DNA from: Oopsacas minuta
Lineage: Eukaryota > Animalia > Porifera
DNA: 64,000 bases
Assembly (NCBI GenBank): GCA_024704765.1
Contig: JAKMXF010000288.1
Location: 1 to 64,000 of the forward strand
Reading direction: 5' to 3'
The stretch's first letter is position 1. Each line of letters begins with the position of its first letter. The notes below the pieces were generated by a model, which ran no database searches, was not told where the DNA came from, and was given only the letters and a program-made list of their open reading frames with translations. The translations under genes and the position numbers were made by a program. Positions 23,701 through 36,700 of this stretch are shown in pieces.

Positions 23701-26700
23701 ATAGATAATATATGGTAATAATATTCGATAAGATCATCATACCTGGAATAAATCACATAGGAAAAACGGTAAAACATCTAAGAGTATTCGTCCATCAGGT
23801 GTAGAAAGGCTTCTGCAAAAATCTGTAAATAAACTGATAAAATGCAACATAATGAGAGGCCTTCTGGAATTCTTAATAATTTTTGATGACGAGAAAATAT
23901 TCTTTTAATCTTATTATTATTGTATTATCAAATTAGTTATCGAAGCATTATTATTCATGCACTCTTTAACCTTCGTCTTTTAACAACTAACAATGAAATC
24001 ATTCATTTTAGAGTAACGAGCCTTTGGCTCGTCGCTTCGTGATGGAACTCGACGCAGCAACTTCGAGGTATCCATTATCCTCCAAATTGACGGCCCCTTT
24101 GAGTATTATAATATAGATTATTTAGAACAATGTAATTCACAAATATATGTAGAGCACATATATTATTGAATTATTTTGTAAGAACAACCTCCTTTGTAGC
24201 CGTTGGGGGAGAATATATGGTAACAAAATTTGGTCTATTCGAGGCTCTATAACGTATACTTTCAGAATAACTGACAGATTGGAGGCAGGGCAGTTGTCAT
24301 TCATTGATAGATTGCCTGTTTCTGCTGACCATAGTATTTGGGACCATCAACAAAATTTCATTCAATTTCTCTACATAATTATCTCCATATATGGTAATTT
24401 TTTTAAATGTTAATTTCCATTTTGGTCCCCTAACTAAAGGAGACACCTGCACACAACTTCACTATCAAATAATTCTCATTTTTCTATTGAAGTTTTCTAA
24501 TTAAATCTAATGGTCTATTAATTACTTCTGTATTGAAATTAAACCAAATTTCTAAATTCTAGTAATTTTCCTACTGGAACACTTCAGAGATTGTTTTAAG
24601 ATAATTAATAATACGAATCATTAATTGATGGAAAACAAATCAAAACATTTCTAATAAATCTCTGTAAGAAATGTAATAGTTTAAGTCAGCATATTTCCTG
24701 AATAATATATCCGCAAATTAATTACTTGTATTAACTTATAAGCCAAATATTGAAATTTGTGCCAATTTTGATTTGAATGCAAAGGAATTTGTTAGCCAAT
24801 AATTTTGTAAATTCATTTGTAATGTTTATAGTGTTTATTGTCATTATGGTTAGTGGAGAGAATTAAACAAATGTAAGACCTGATACAAATCAAAATAATC
24901 AAAATTAGAATGAAATAGTGGAGATTTCGTATGATTGAGAAACAGTATTGAAATGTACGTATATTTCTACAACTTACATCTTGTTCTGTCAACAAGTTTG
25001 TTAGCAGACAACAATACCATTAATGTCTGTAGAGAGTTAGCTCTAATACTGTGCTCAACTGGCCTGTAGGATAGAAATTCGTTAATATTCAAATCTACAT
25101 ATATTTGGAGCAAATTTTAGCGTAGCATTCTCATCTTTTCTAATTTTGTAAAAAATATTTTATTTTTTCCAATATATTTCCACCATTATAACAGTATGAT
25201 AATTCTAATACTGTTATCAAGGACATACTCTGAAAAATTCGAGAAATAGCATGAAAATTTATGGAACGAAACCTTAGCACTTGGAATCTTTAACATATTT
25301 AAATATATTAAAGAATGAAACTATGGGCTTCTGTGTCACTCCAGTCGGTACGAATTTACTTAAGATTTAATTACTGTCCTCACCTGTCAAAACAGTAGAT
25401 TAAAAAGTCAAAAAGAAACTGCTTCGCTTCAACATAATTGAGCTCTTGAAGTGATCTGCCTTGAATATGTTTATAAACTTTCCTCAGAAATAAATTGACG
25501 TTACTATAAGATAATTCTGCTTCTTGACGTTCTGTAAAACTTGAACTGAAGAGAAGTGCTTCTGAAGGTACCAGCTGTTTTAAGGTAAACAGTCTTTCCA
25601 TTTCTTCTTCGAAACTCTGCCATATCATAGCGAATCCGTGAAGATCCAAATGATGTACTAAAGTAATCAATCCGGATTCAATTTGTTGAATTTGAATCAA
25701 ATTAATATATATTTACAAGTGATGACTTTCTCAATAATACGTAGATCTTAAAATATATTTACCTTTTCGGAATTGAATTCCCCAACTTTCAGATTTCTCG
25801 CACATAACACCGATTTACTCAAATATTAGTTAAAAGAAGTTGTCAAGAATCATAGACTTGTTATAGAAATCCTTTCAAATCATTGTTGACCCAATTTTCT
25901 TTGATTTATTATTACTAATGACAAACAAGTTTCAGTGATATTTAGACGGTATTTTGAGCTTTGAAATTCTGTTTAATTTGCATTAACAATTAATCATTCA
26001 TTATAGCGACAATTTATAAATGGGAAATGTGATCAACGCTTGTTTACAGATTTTCAAAAAATTTGTATGCCTACACGCCAAGTTACTAATCAGATGAAGA
26101 AAATTGGCAACGCGACAGGTTGTTTTAAAACCAAAATAGGGAAGCTTTTGCTTTAGTCACGCGAGAGTTGTATAATTTATAACAAACACATTTTCCTCAC
26201 AAATATTCACAGCTAAATACACTTACATAACGTTCTTTCTCTGAGTTCATTTAGCTTGAAAGCAGCTCTGTAATTGGGAAACTGTACTTTATTATGTGTT
26301 GCTAGAAACAAGTTAATAACCACATGAAAGAAAGGATAATGTTTACGAGATCTGACTTATTTACATAGGTTGTTTTTGTTTTGCAAAATCCACATAAACA
26401 TAGTATTACGATAACAGATTATGTGGTATTTCTCTAACAATTAGTAATGATTACATGAGAACCACTAAACAGCATGTGTTTATATAAATTTAAGAATCTC
26501 ATATGATAGCATTGGGTAATATACAATTCAGGTCTCAGTTAGTTGGGTAGATAATTCCAGCAATGCTAAAATATTTATGCAGGAGCCTGGAGACAAATTA
26601 GAAATACAAATTTGAATTAAGAAGATTGGAGACATTCTTAATACACTGAATCTTCTACTTATTACATCAAGCTATATGCTAGCTAATGCTACAGTATATA

Positions 26701-28079
26701 TATATTTTTTCACCAGCTGATAAAATGCATTACACTTCCATATATTATACAATTATCTTCAATAAATACTACAATTATCTTAAGTTTGCCAGTTAACATT
26801 TTATTATACACTGTTATCACCAGATGGGGAACATAAAATTAGTGAATATGTTGAATTATCTTGCATTCCTATGGCTGAATAGGGAGGTAGATATTTTCAT
26901 GTTTATCTAATAATGTGGTTAATAGCTCATAACAATGGAATTTCAAAGGTGATTGATATTCTAATATAATTATTATCATATTTCTGAGCTTCATCCCAGA
27001 TGTTGTAGGCGCATTCTATTACCATTTGAGTCTTTTTGACGGCATAATTATTATATTGCGAATTGTTGGCATCCTGTTTGACACAACCTTTTAAACAAAT
27101 TGGCTTTACACATATTCTCTGTACACAATATCATTGGTTGATGTTCTCTACTTAATAACCGGATATTGCTAGGAAAGTGTGATTTTATGACGAGTATACT
27201 AAATTTAATATTACGTAATTCTAATACAGTATGAGATCGCCGTATAATTCGCTTTATGATAGTTTAACTGTACCTAGCATATATCATATCCTAGCAACGT
27301 GGATTACCTCAAAGGATGTAATCTTTTAAATTCCCTAATTAGTCGAAAAATTTGACATTCCAATTACCATTTCATCCTTTACAAATCTCAGCCACGTGAA
27401 AATCTGAGAGCTGTCACATATTTCTGTTACATAGCTTTCACGGATAATTATACTAACATTTGAGAATAAATAGTATGATTTAATATTTAATTACGTAATT
27501 CTAAATTCAAATATTCACAAGGATATCGATTTGATGAGTTTTTAGTTCTTCTTTATTCTCCTCGTGACTTCACAAACTTTTGGAATTCATTTTTATGGTT
27601 GAACTTTAAACTTTGAAAATGTAATTTAGATTTTGAAAAATAATGAAAAGTTTATTTTGCAATTTTTCAAAATAATATTCAAAGCTTTTTGAATTTATAT
27701 TTGATTAAATTTGTGTCAAATGACATAATCTCGTTTGTAATTTCTTCACATTATTGTGCGTATTTGAATAATAGAATCTAAGCTTTTCCAAGAGAAACAC
27801 ATCAAAAATCGCCTACTAATCGAAGATTAGTGTATAATTGCGTAAAGTATTCCGCAAGAATTGCAATAGCATTCGCTAATATTTATGAAATGTAAGCTAT
27901 ACGAATATCAATTGAAAATAATTATCAACAATTTTTGGGAAAACTTTCGAATTTCACGATGTACGTACGTACGTTTTACCATTTCAATTCTCAATACAAA
28001 TAATAATATTCCGCGAATTATTACATACCTAATATATATCTTTGAAAAGACGCAACTGAAGGAGAAGGAGAAAATCCAT
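14718..28079 (-). CDS. Dystrobrevin/dystrotelin-like protein (dystrophin-family EF-hand region + ZZ zinc finger + ~620-aa S/T/P/R-rich tail), at least 20 exons
   Basis: Phase-consistent GT-AG exons: 28079-28029, 26301-26227, 25657-25384, 25063-24978, 23822-23743, 22849-22748, 22106-21989, 21586-21532, 20785-20746, 20679-20620, 20362-20214, 19542-19459, 19084-19063, 18946-18933, 18823-18459, 17973-17723, 17586-17332, 16861-16408, 15902-15822, 14905-14718 (TAA). Motifs: HNKVQFPNYRAAFKL (cf. dystrophin NNVRFSAYRTAMKL), LFDFLIYCFDR, GLGEGPSFG (cf. dystrobrevin FEGPSFG), EPVPDCLEWL (cf. DPPPQCLVWL), and ZZ CSGC...RFKCSNCRNYNLCQNCF...H..NHTMRE. The start exon is uncertain (candidate 29245-29206). 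Confidence 0.85.
15528..15791. mobile_element. Harbinger-like MITE in an intron of the dystrobrevin-like gene
   Basis: Inverted termini caggggcggat / atccgcccctg and G/C-rich subterminal tracts. A related right end (ggatccgcccctg) occurs at ~450-462. Confidence 0.7.
19157..19435. mobile_element. MITE-like element with gagcgc-rich termini
   Basis: Ends cagagcaataag... / gcgctcctttaatactctg. Matching ends at ~717-795 (cagagcattaaagagcgcgc) and ~51150-51197. Confidence 0.5.
19908..19998. mobile_element. 91-bp hAT MITE with a perfect 8-bp TSD
   Basis: TIR-like ends caaggtcgaa / gtgcaaccttg; cttcttat duplicated at 19900-19907 and 19999-20006. A second copy in the opposite orientation at 58626-58721 has a 7/8 TSD (aaatatac/aaatatag). 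Confidence 0.85.
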
Positions 28080-29083
28080 CTGTAATTGGAATTTTGTATG
28101 TTGTCTCTATCATTTCAGATTTGAGTGAATGTTCTTTGCAATTAATATCCAAGTCAAAATTGTGCTGTATTTATTGTTTCCTAGCAGTATTGTAAGCAAC
28201 TGTGTGGTTTAATTCAAATGTGTATATCATGTATAATTAACCGAAGAGCTATTATATAAATTTCATTTTACAATGCTCTATCTCATCAAATACAGGTGTT
28301 TATAGAGTTCAGCCTCAATTACATTGTAGGAAATGCATATTGTAATTCTAATGGCTTATTCTATTGAGCCTTATTTCCTACCATGGACTTTAGTTGCAAT
28401 TGGAATAAACTCAAAATTGTATTGTTTGTTAAACTCAAAAATTTATAAGGACTTCAGTCAGGGCCGTAGCCAGAGTTAATACGTACACGAGCAGACCTAC
28501 GAATTTTATCGGAGTACGTACTAACCGGAGCAATATCAATTGATAACCCTTATAGGGGCCTGATTTTGTGTATATATTTGTTCGTATTAACCTGAAATTC
28601 GTATAAACCTTGCTCTAACTAACTAGGTCTACTGTACGTAATATGTGGAGACAGAATATTGTTTCCAATTTCCATCCGTTTAATAGAATATATAAAAAGA
28701 TGCTAATTATAAATTTAATAGTGTCTTTATTCGTAGTAACATATGTTGCTACGAAAAGTTGAGTTTAGTCCAGGCCAAACAAGATAGAGGGAACAGGTGA
28801 TTTTGATAATGAATATGTTCTAAATATAGCTACGTATAATAGTTCTCACAAGGCTAATCATCAATTTACTTATGAATAGCGTAACTTTAATATATTTCGT
28901 TCCATATAATATGCTTTCAATTTGAATAATACAACCTCTATTGTTTGAATTTTGGCAAATTCAGATTTGAATAATTAGGAATTCTCGCCATTTTCAACGA
29001 ATCGCGTATGCATTATCAACGTTCTCTTATTTTAAACCAAATCAGTGGCGCCAAAAACTCATTCCCATATGATTTGTATTGCA

Positions 29084-29178
29084 CAGTAGGCTCCGATTAA
29101 TCGAGCCAACAGCTTTATTCCGCTTATCTGGTCAAAATGGCCCAGTCCCGATATGACTCTATCAAGCTGAGTTTACTG
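29084..29178. mobile_element. Tc1/pogo-type MITE
   Basis: Ends cagtaggctccg / ctgagtttactg-TA. An inverted relative starts at 17053 (cagtagattctgcttaatacggtcacatcgggatcgggacca). Confidence 0.6.
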
Positions 29179-29387
29179 TATTAATTATCTTGAATTCTCA
29201 TTTACTTGAACAAGATTTTTGGTTAACAATAAGCTTCCCAAACATGATTTAATCATGAACCATCCTATTTAGGGTATTTTGTTTTTTATGGTAGAAATTT
29301 AGTGCAGCGAACCGGCGAAGTTTATATATTGCAATAGTGTTATTCCACTGTATTCATGCGGAAATTATTCACAAACCTATAGCGATT

Positions 29388-30086
29388 ATGGCTAGTTCAA
29401 AGCCCTCAAAACGTGAGAAATCTCTACACTTCAAACTCAGTCTAATCCGTCACGGAGTAACTGTAGAAAATCAACTAGGAATATATCAAGGACAGCTAGA
29501 CACTAAACTAGCACAAGAAGGTGTAATACAATCAAAGAGATTGTCTCTAGCTATTGCTGATATACACTACTCTCAAATCATATGTAGCCCGTTAGAGAGA
29601 ACTCGTGATACAGCAAGATACGCTTTATCCCAGAACAAATATAAAGAGGAAATTAGGATGGATGGACGACTTATGGAGAGATCGTTTGGAAGCTGGGAGG
29701 GGAAAAAGTTCACGGAAACAGCTGGTGTACCTAGAATAGGCGGGGAAAAATGGAATGATGTCACATCCCGCGTAAAATCATTTTTAAAAGATGTTTACTT
29801 GTCAGTAGCTCAAAAGTGTGAAATTTCGCGAGAACGTGCATCTACAGACGTACCGCATATCCTTGTTATCACACATGGTGGAGTAATTGCTACTTTATTG
29901 AGATACTTTAAAGACGATTATAAATTACATATATTACCAGCTTCCGCTAAAATGATAGAGAATACTTCTATTACAAGTTTTATGCTAGAAATAAGTACAG
30001 ATAAGAATCCTAAACTGCTGAGTGTGGAGTGTTTGTTAGATCGGGATATAGAACACCTCAAGGGAAGTATAGTATCACATATTTAA
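29388..30086 (+). CDS. TIGAR: Histidine phosphatase (phosphoglycerate mutase superfamily), TIGAR-like fructose-2,6-bisphosphatase, intronless
   Basis: LIRHG catalytic motif, IYQGQLD, SPLERTRDTA, LMERSFGSWEG, GGE, ILVITHGG, ENTS. The first ATG is at 29388; the track's 29337 start is GTG. Confidence 0.8.
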   Translation: MASSKPSKREKSLHFKLSLIRHGVTVENQLGIYQGQLDTKLAQEGVIQSKRLSLAIADIHYSQIICSPLERTRDTARYALSQNKYKEEIRMDGRLMERSFGSWEGKKFTETAGVPRIGGEKWNDVTSRVKSFLKDVYLSVAQKCEISRERASTDVPHILVITHGGVIATLLRYFKDDYKLHILPASAKMIENTSITSFMLEISTDKNPKLLSVECLLDRDIEHLKGSIVSHI

Positions 30087-30467
30087 TGTTCATACAAACT
30101 GCATTATATTATGTGTTTATTCATTAGTTGTATTATACTGTATTATCTGTGCACGAATTGGAAATTTGCAATTAAGATTTTAACAAAATGTTGCGATAAA
30201 CTTTAATTTTTGTAGATTTCCCTGAGACGTCGGATTGCCCATGAAACGTGAAACGCCGCACTTCCAACGGGCTTGATCATGACATTTGTTGAGGCTATTA
30301 TCCCTCCAAAACTTGCCAAAAACCTTAGTTGTGCCGATTTGTTGAACTCCCGCCTAATATAAATATGCTACGTCCGGCGATTTCCCGCTAAATCAGTACC
30401 TTCTGTCCCGCATTTTTATTCACACAGATTGGCAAGTATGCAGAAACTGATTTTATATAGCTCAATA

Positions 30468-30607
30468 CAGTAGAATTCAGATTACTTTCAAATCAGAAAA
30501 TTAGTTCCAATTCATTTATTATAATATCAATTCTGATAAGACATACACTCGGATTGTACGTACTAATTTTTGTTCCCGAAGGGTTACTACTTATCAGAGT
30601 TCTACTG
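30468..30607. mobile_element. Tc1/pogo-type MITE with TA TSD
   Basis: Ends cagtagaattcagatta / ttatcagagttctactg with TA on both sides. Relatives at ~32520-32702. Confidence 0.7.
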
Positions 30608-30730
30608 TATTGTATATTCACTCTATTGTGAATTTTGACCCAGGGTATTATCCAGCTTAATGATTTTCTGGACGATACTTGATTTGACCTTGTATATGAT
30701 AATTGTTTGTTGATGTAGGATTAATTAGAA

Positions 30731-33700
30731 ATGGTATCTTGTGCCGTAATGGACATTGAGGATTATGAAACCCCTAAACGGAATATTAACAGAAGAAATA
30801 TAAACCACAGTTTAGTTCTAAAATCAATAGAAAAAGGAGAAAATGAGGTTAAACTGAGTGATTTAGAGAACTCTAATATCCCGGGTGTAGGTTCTATTTA
30901 CTTGAAGACATGGGGATGTTCTCATAATCACAGTGATGCAGAATATATGGCAGGACAACTTGCATCTTATGGCTATACCATTACAGGTATTGTAAATGAT
31001 AGGAACAGTGGAACCTAAACCGACACTCGTTGAGACATGAAAATTTCGTCAGATTAGCAAATTGTCGGATTATGCAGGCAAATTTGTATTGTCGGAAGCT
31101 ATTTAAGATCAGACATTCTCGGATTTTAGAGGCCTTCTGGATTATACAGCTGTCGGTTTATGCAGGTTCAGCTGCATTTCAAATTGGTTCACAAGACTCA
31201 AAGTAATCTGAATAATTTAGAAAATACACTAGATTGAGGTTAAAATGCAATGTCATCGAATAATTACCGAACACTTTTTATGAATTTTTAAGGTCATTAA
31301 CTTTCATTACCCATGAACCATGGATTACCTTAGAAATAGCTCATCAATTTGGATGATTACTCATTATACCCCAAATCGTCCCAAATAGTGCAAAATGTTG
31401 GTACGTAGCCAAATGTTAATATCCGCCTTTGTTGATTGTTGAATTTACACGAATCGTTACAATTTTCCTAATCAAATGAATTTGAAGCATTTCCAGTGAA
31501 ATCATGCAAACAATATTTATAGATTCTAGCAAGTTTGTAATTATTGTATAATTTACATAGAAGATAAAGAAACAGCTGATCTATGGCTACTAAACAGCTG
31601 TACAGTTAAAACTCCTTCAGAAGATGGATTTAAGAACTTCATAAGAGAAGCTAAGAGTAGGAATAAGTTCGTTGTAGTAGCAGGTTGTGTTCCTCAAGCT
31701 GATCGTAGTAATAAAGAGATACAAGGAATATCTGTTGTAGGGGTATGTCATAGTGTAATACGGTTCCCAAACTTTTCACCTGTGGACCCCTTCCCATAGA
31801 TTGCAATAGATCCTGTGGACTCCCTACTGTCCGTGGACCACCAAAGGTCCATGGACCCTAGGTTGAGAACAGCTGGTATAATATATGCATAGGATATCGA
31901 CCAATCTGACAATACGACCAGTTTTTTTACATTCCGATTACAGAAATATAATTATCTCCACTTGTTTGGGCACTTTTCAAAGAAGGATTCATACTCACTT
32001 TAATACAAAATTAAAAAAATATTTTTCTGGTCAGTCTTAATTTTAAGGAAATGCGAACTTCAATGAATGTATATTATTAAATCTCAATTGCTGCCTGTGT
32101 GTGTGTGTATTTTCGTTGTCAAAGAAATTATCCCTATCCCCATTCAGGTACAACAAATAGACAGGGTAGTAGAGGTAGTGGAAGAGACTTTAAAAGGTAA
32201 GTATTGGTGATTGATTAAGTGGCATTATTCAAACTCGTTCCAGCTCTTATTAAGAATGGTGGAGATAATTTATGATGGTAACACACACGAATTTTCTTGT
32301 TGTAACGCACGTACGCGATTGCAATTTTCTATTTCAGTTATTTAATGTGTTTGTAGGTAATTCTGTGAGATTATTTAAAACTAAGAAGTTAGATGGAAAG
32401 AAGATAGGTGGAGCTAGACTTGATTTACCGAAAATACGCAAAAATCCACTCATTGAGATAATTGCTATAAACACAGGGTATATTACAACTTTACTTAATA
32501 ACGTTAACATTATACATTACTGTAGAATTCGGTTACTACGTAGTAATTTTGTTTTCCCGAGGGTGTACACACTTTTCTCCAAAACGGATTATCTATTGTT
32601 GTAACTAATTGGATACGAACAATATTCGAATGATGAACTTCGGTTGGTACGTAGTATTTTTTGTTCCCCGAGGGGTGTAAGTCTTTTCCGAGTTTTACTG
32701 TATTTCATTCATTTGCAATGCTAAAATTCAAAATCAAAACACTTTATTAAATTTTATATACCAAATTTGAGAAATAATCCTCTGCAACATTAACCTACTC
32801 AATTGCTTTAAACCCTCATATGACTGAAACGGTATTATTCTTAGAATAGTTATTCGGATATATTGTAAATATGCGTAACAATGTATTCAATCTTAAGGTA
32901 TAATTCTACGCCTCAGGGGAAAACCAGAGATCCCAGAGCGAGGAGGCGATTTCCTCATCTGCCTCAATGCTGGTTTCTCCCTGACTACGTAACTTTGTTC
33001 TATTAGATGTTTAAACAACTGTACTTACTGTAAGACAAAGCTAGCAAGAGGAGATCTAGGAAGCTATCAGCCTAAAGAGATTGTTGCTAGAGCTGTAGAA
33101 GCTTTTGCTGGTTAGTTTACTTGTATGGTCGAGCACCTCCGAAATTCGGGCACAATGTTATTTATCAGTTCAAAGTGCATTCACAATATTTGGGTATTTT
33201 CAGGTAGACTACTATAACTGTGAATAATATATGTAGTTATTGATGAAATGCATCTCAAAATTGTGGGTAACAAAGAGAACCTGTTCTCAACCTTTTCGCT
33301 TGTCGACCTCCTATACTAATTTTAACACATTCAGTGAACCCTTCCCATAGACAGTAAAACAAATTTGAGATCCTGTAGACCCCTGCTGTCGTCCATAGAC
33401 CACCAAGGGGTATGTGGACCCCTGGTTGGGAATATTGAGTGCTGCAATTAGAATTTATATGTTCCTGCAAATTCTAATATCCGGACAATACTGGCGTGAC
33501 CGGATCTCGGAGGTTCGATTGTATTTTGGTATAGAGGAAAAATTGGGAACATAATTAACAATTTACACGGTCATAGATGGAGTGGTAGAGCTATGGTTAA
33601 CAAGTGAAGATCTGGGTGCATATGGACATGATATAGGAGTTGCACTACCTGAACTATTATGGAAACTAATTGATATTATTCCTGACGGATGTATGATGAG

Positions 33701-36700
33701 ATTAGGAATGACTAATCCTCCCTACATACTAGAACATCTAAAGGTAAGTCATACCCTAACAACCCCTCATAATACTCCTGGGATTGATTTTGTATAAATA
33801 GCAATTTCAAGCAATCATGCAAGGAAATGACATACATTTACAAAGATTCCCCTGAATTACGATTTATGAAAGAAGTACAATAGAACCTCGTTAATACGAA
33901 CATGAATAAAGTAGAAATCCAGTAGTGAGTACAGTACGTATTCTATTCCCCATGATAAGAATTATAATTCTACCGTTAAACGAGACGTACATGTTGGTGC
34001 ATGGACGATGTGCGTATTCCCGTTAACATTTACTCGATGAAGATTATAATTTTTATTCATTAATCATTTATGGGTTTGTAGCGTAATATTCAAAATGTGT
34101 AATATTCAAAAGCATGCTAGAGATTAGCATTCAAACATGACGTCACAGCACAGGTATGTCCGCATTGAAAATTCACAGATGTTTCATATGGGTAATGATG
34201 TTTTGACGCCTTTAGTCTTATACATAGCATGGCTTATACTTCAAATATATATTAATATTTTAACGACTAATCATTGTTCATTGAGTAGAGCCATAACCCA
34301 GAGGCTTGCCCCCGGCATTATCACTATATCCAATATATACTCTAGCAACATTTTAAAGACTATAGTTCTATAGATAAAATGAATATAGTTCCCCAAATGT
34401 GTTCAAAAACTTTTTGTATTTGGAGGGGCCCCCAAATGAAACCCTACACTTCACTGGACGCCGAAAAAACGGTCCCCTGTCCTGCATACGTGAAAGATTT
34501 ATTAGAGAAGGTCCCTGCTTTTCTGTACTAGCACGACGCCCCTGACTGTATTTGAATAGAATTGACCAAATACTTCATAATGTAAGTTATAGGAGATGTC
34601 TGAAATTCTGAATAATCCTAAAGTGTACAGTTTCCTACACATACCAGTACAAGCAGGATCTGATAGAGTACTGGATGATATGAAGAGAGAATACACAGCA
34701 TATGACTTTTATTATATTGTGGATTATCTCAAGCAGAGGTGAGTAATTAACTCAATCATAAATAACTATATAAGGAAAGTACGTATACTCTAAGCCAGCG
34801 TCCGGTACTGGAATTGGGGGGTCAACCCTTGGTCCTCTACGGACTACAGCCTCGATCTCAAAATTTGTATTAAGTCTATGGGAGGGAGTCAATAATGATA
34901 AAGGGGTCCACGGATGAAATGGTTGAGAAGCATTACTGTTAGGTAACAAACAACACCAGTAAATGGAAACTTTAGAGAATTTCGGGAATTTCCTTACCGG
35001 AGACATTTAAAGGGGAAGGTCGAGGGCTAGAAAGCAAATCTATATCATAATTATGCAGTAAGAATTATAATAGAATCAACTCTTAATTAATACGTACTGA
35101 TGTTTATGTACTACGATAAATCGATAATATATTTCTCGAATACCTACATTTCGTTCCGACATACTTTGAATGAGGTCATTTTGAGGTACTCCTTTAGTTG
35201 TTGGAGTTGGGATTTACCATGGATTAGTCTTTATTGGATTGCCATGTAATGAAATGTCGTGGAAAGATATGTCCTTACGTAGTAGACCAACATTTTACCC
35301 ACCATTATCGCATACTTGCCAACCTTGAGTGAAGCAAAAAGCGGGACAGTTGTCAAGTATGCATAATTTATAAATACATTGTATGATATTTTGTATAGAA
35401 TCCCAGAGATAAATATTGCTACAGATATTATTTGTGGATTTCCTACTGAAACTGATGAAGTGAGTGTGCTTTAGAGTTTATATTATAATAACTTGTTGTT
35501 CGAAAATTAGGTATATTTACGAATATGATGCAGTAATTCTGATAGGATGTACAGTACTTATTGGAAATTTTTCAATGCAGTTTCTCTTAAATTCACGCCG
35601 CTTTTCATACATACTCCGGATACGGAGTACTAATTTCGCCAGACCCTTGTTATTCGTATATTTGAGAGTATGGCAACGCTTTTGTTCACTGTATTAATTA
35701 CAAGAACTTTTGTATGCAATACTATACATAAAGTAGAAAATGTATTACTTGTGTCTAGGATTTTGCTGAAACTCTTAAACTCTGCGATAAATATAAATTT
35801 TCAAGTCTCTTCATCAATCAATTCTATCCCAGACCTGGTACAGTTGCTGCTAAAATGAAACGTCTCCCAACTCATGAGGTTAGTTCCCATTTTATCTTTC
35901 TTACTCATTGATATAACTCAGTCATAGGCGCCAAACTCGGGGGCAGGGGTATTGAGCTCCCCCTGGCTTAGTTACAGCTCCCATAGATACAAAATATATG
36001 TGTATCACTGGGAGCCTCCCTGGATTGTGCAAGTTGTTAGAAAGTTCGGCACCCCCGACTGCGGTTATTTTTAATGGTTAACTGTGCTACTTCAATATTG
36101 AACTTGTATTCTCTAGGTTAAAAAGAGGTCAAAGCAATTAACAGAACTATTCAACTCATATAAGCCTTATTCCCATAAAGTGAGATTATTATATGCGTAA
36201 TCTACGCTGTAGGATTTGGTTATAGATATGTTAATATTAATAGGGTCACCGGTCACATAGGGATCAGGCCATTTCATTCTTGTCTACCCTCCCTGGGCTC
36301 CCTGGATTATCTTCGGTTTGTAAATTTTTTCCAGATTTATGTTACTTTTTCCCCTAATAATAGCCCAAAATTGCTATTTATGGATGTAACACTTGGTAAT
36401 CCAGAGAATTTTTCAATAATCCCTAGATATAGCAAATATAATACCGGGAAATATGATAAGGTAGATAAGGAATTGGTACTTTTGCCATTTCGCCAATGAT
36501 AAGCGGAATGAAGGTGTTGAACTCGACTTATATGTTTCTGTTCCTGGCAAGTGTGCCGATTAGCTCTATTAAACGAAAGTCTACTGCATTCAAGAATCAT
36601 AAAAATCGATTATTTAGAAGTCTATAAACATTCAAAAAATGAAACTCTGTGATTACAATTTTGTGTCTATTTTTATTGGATACCCTTGATCATGGTTACC

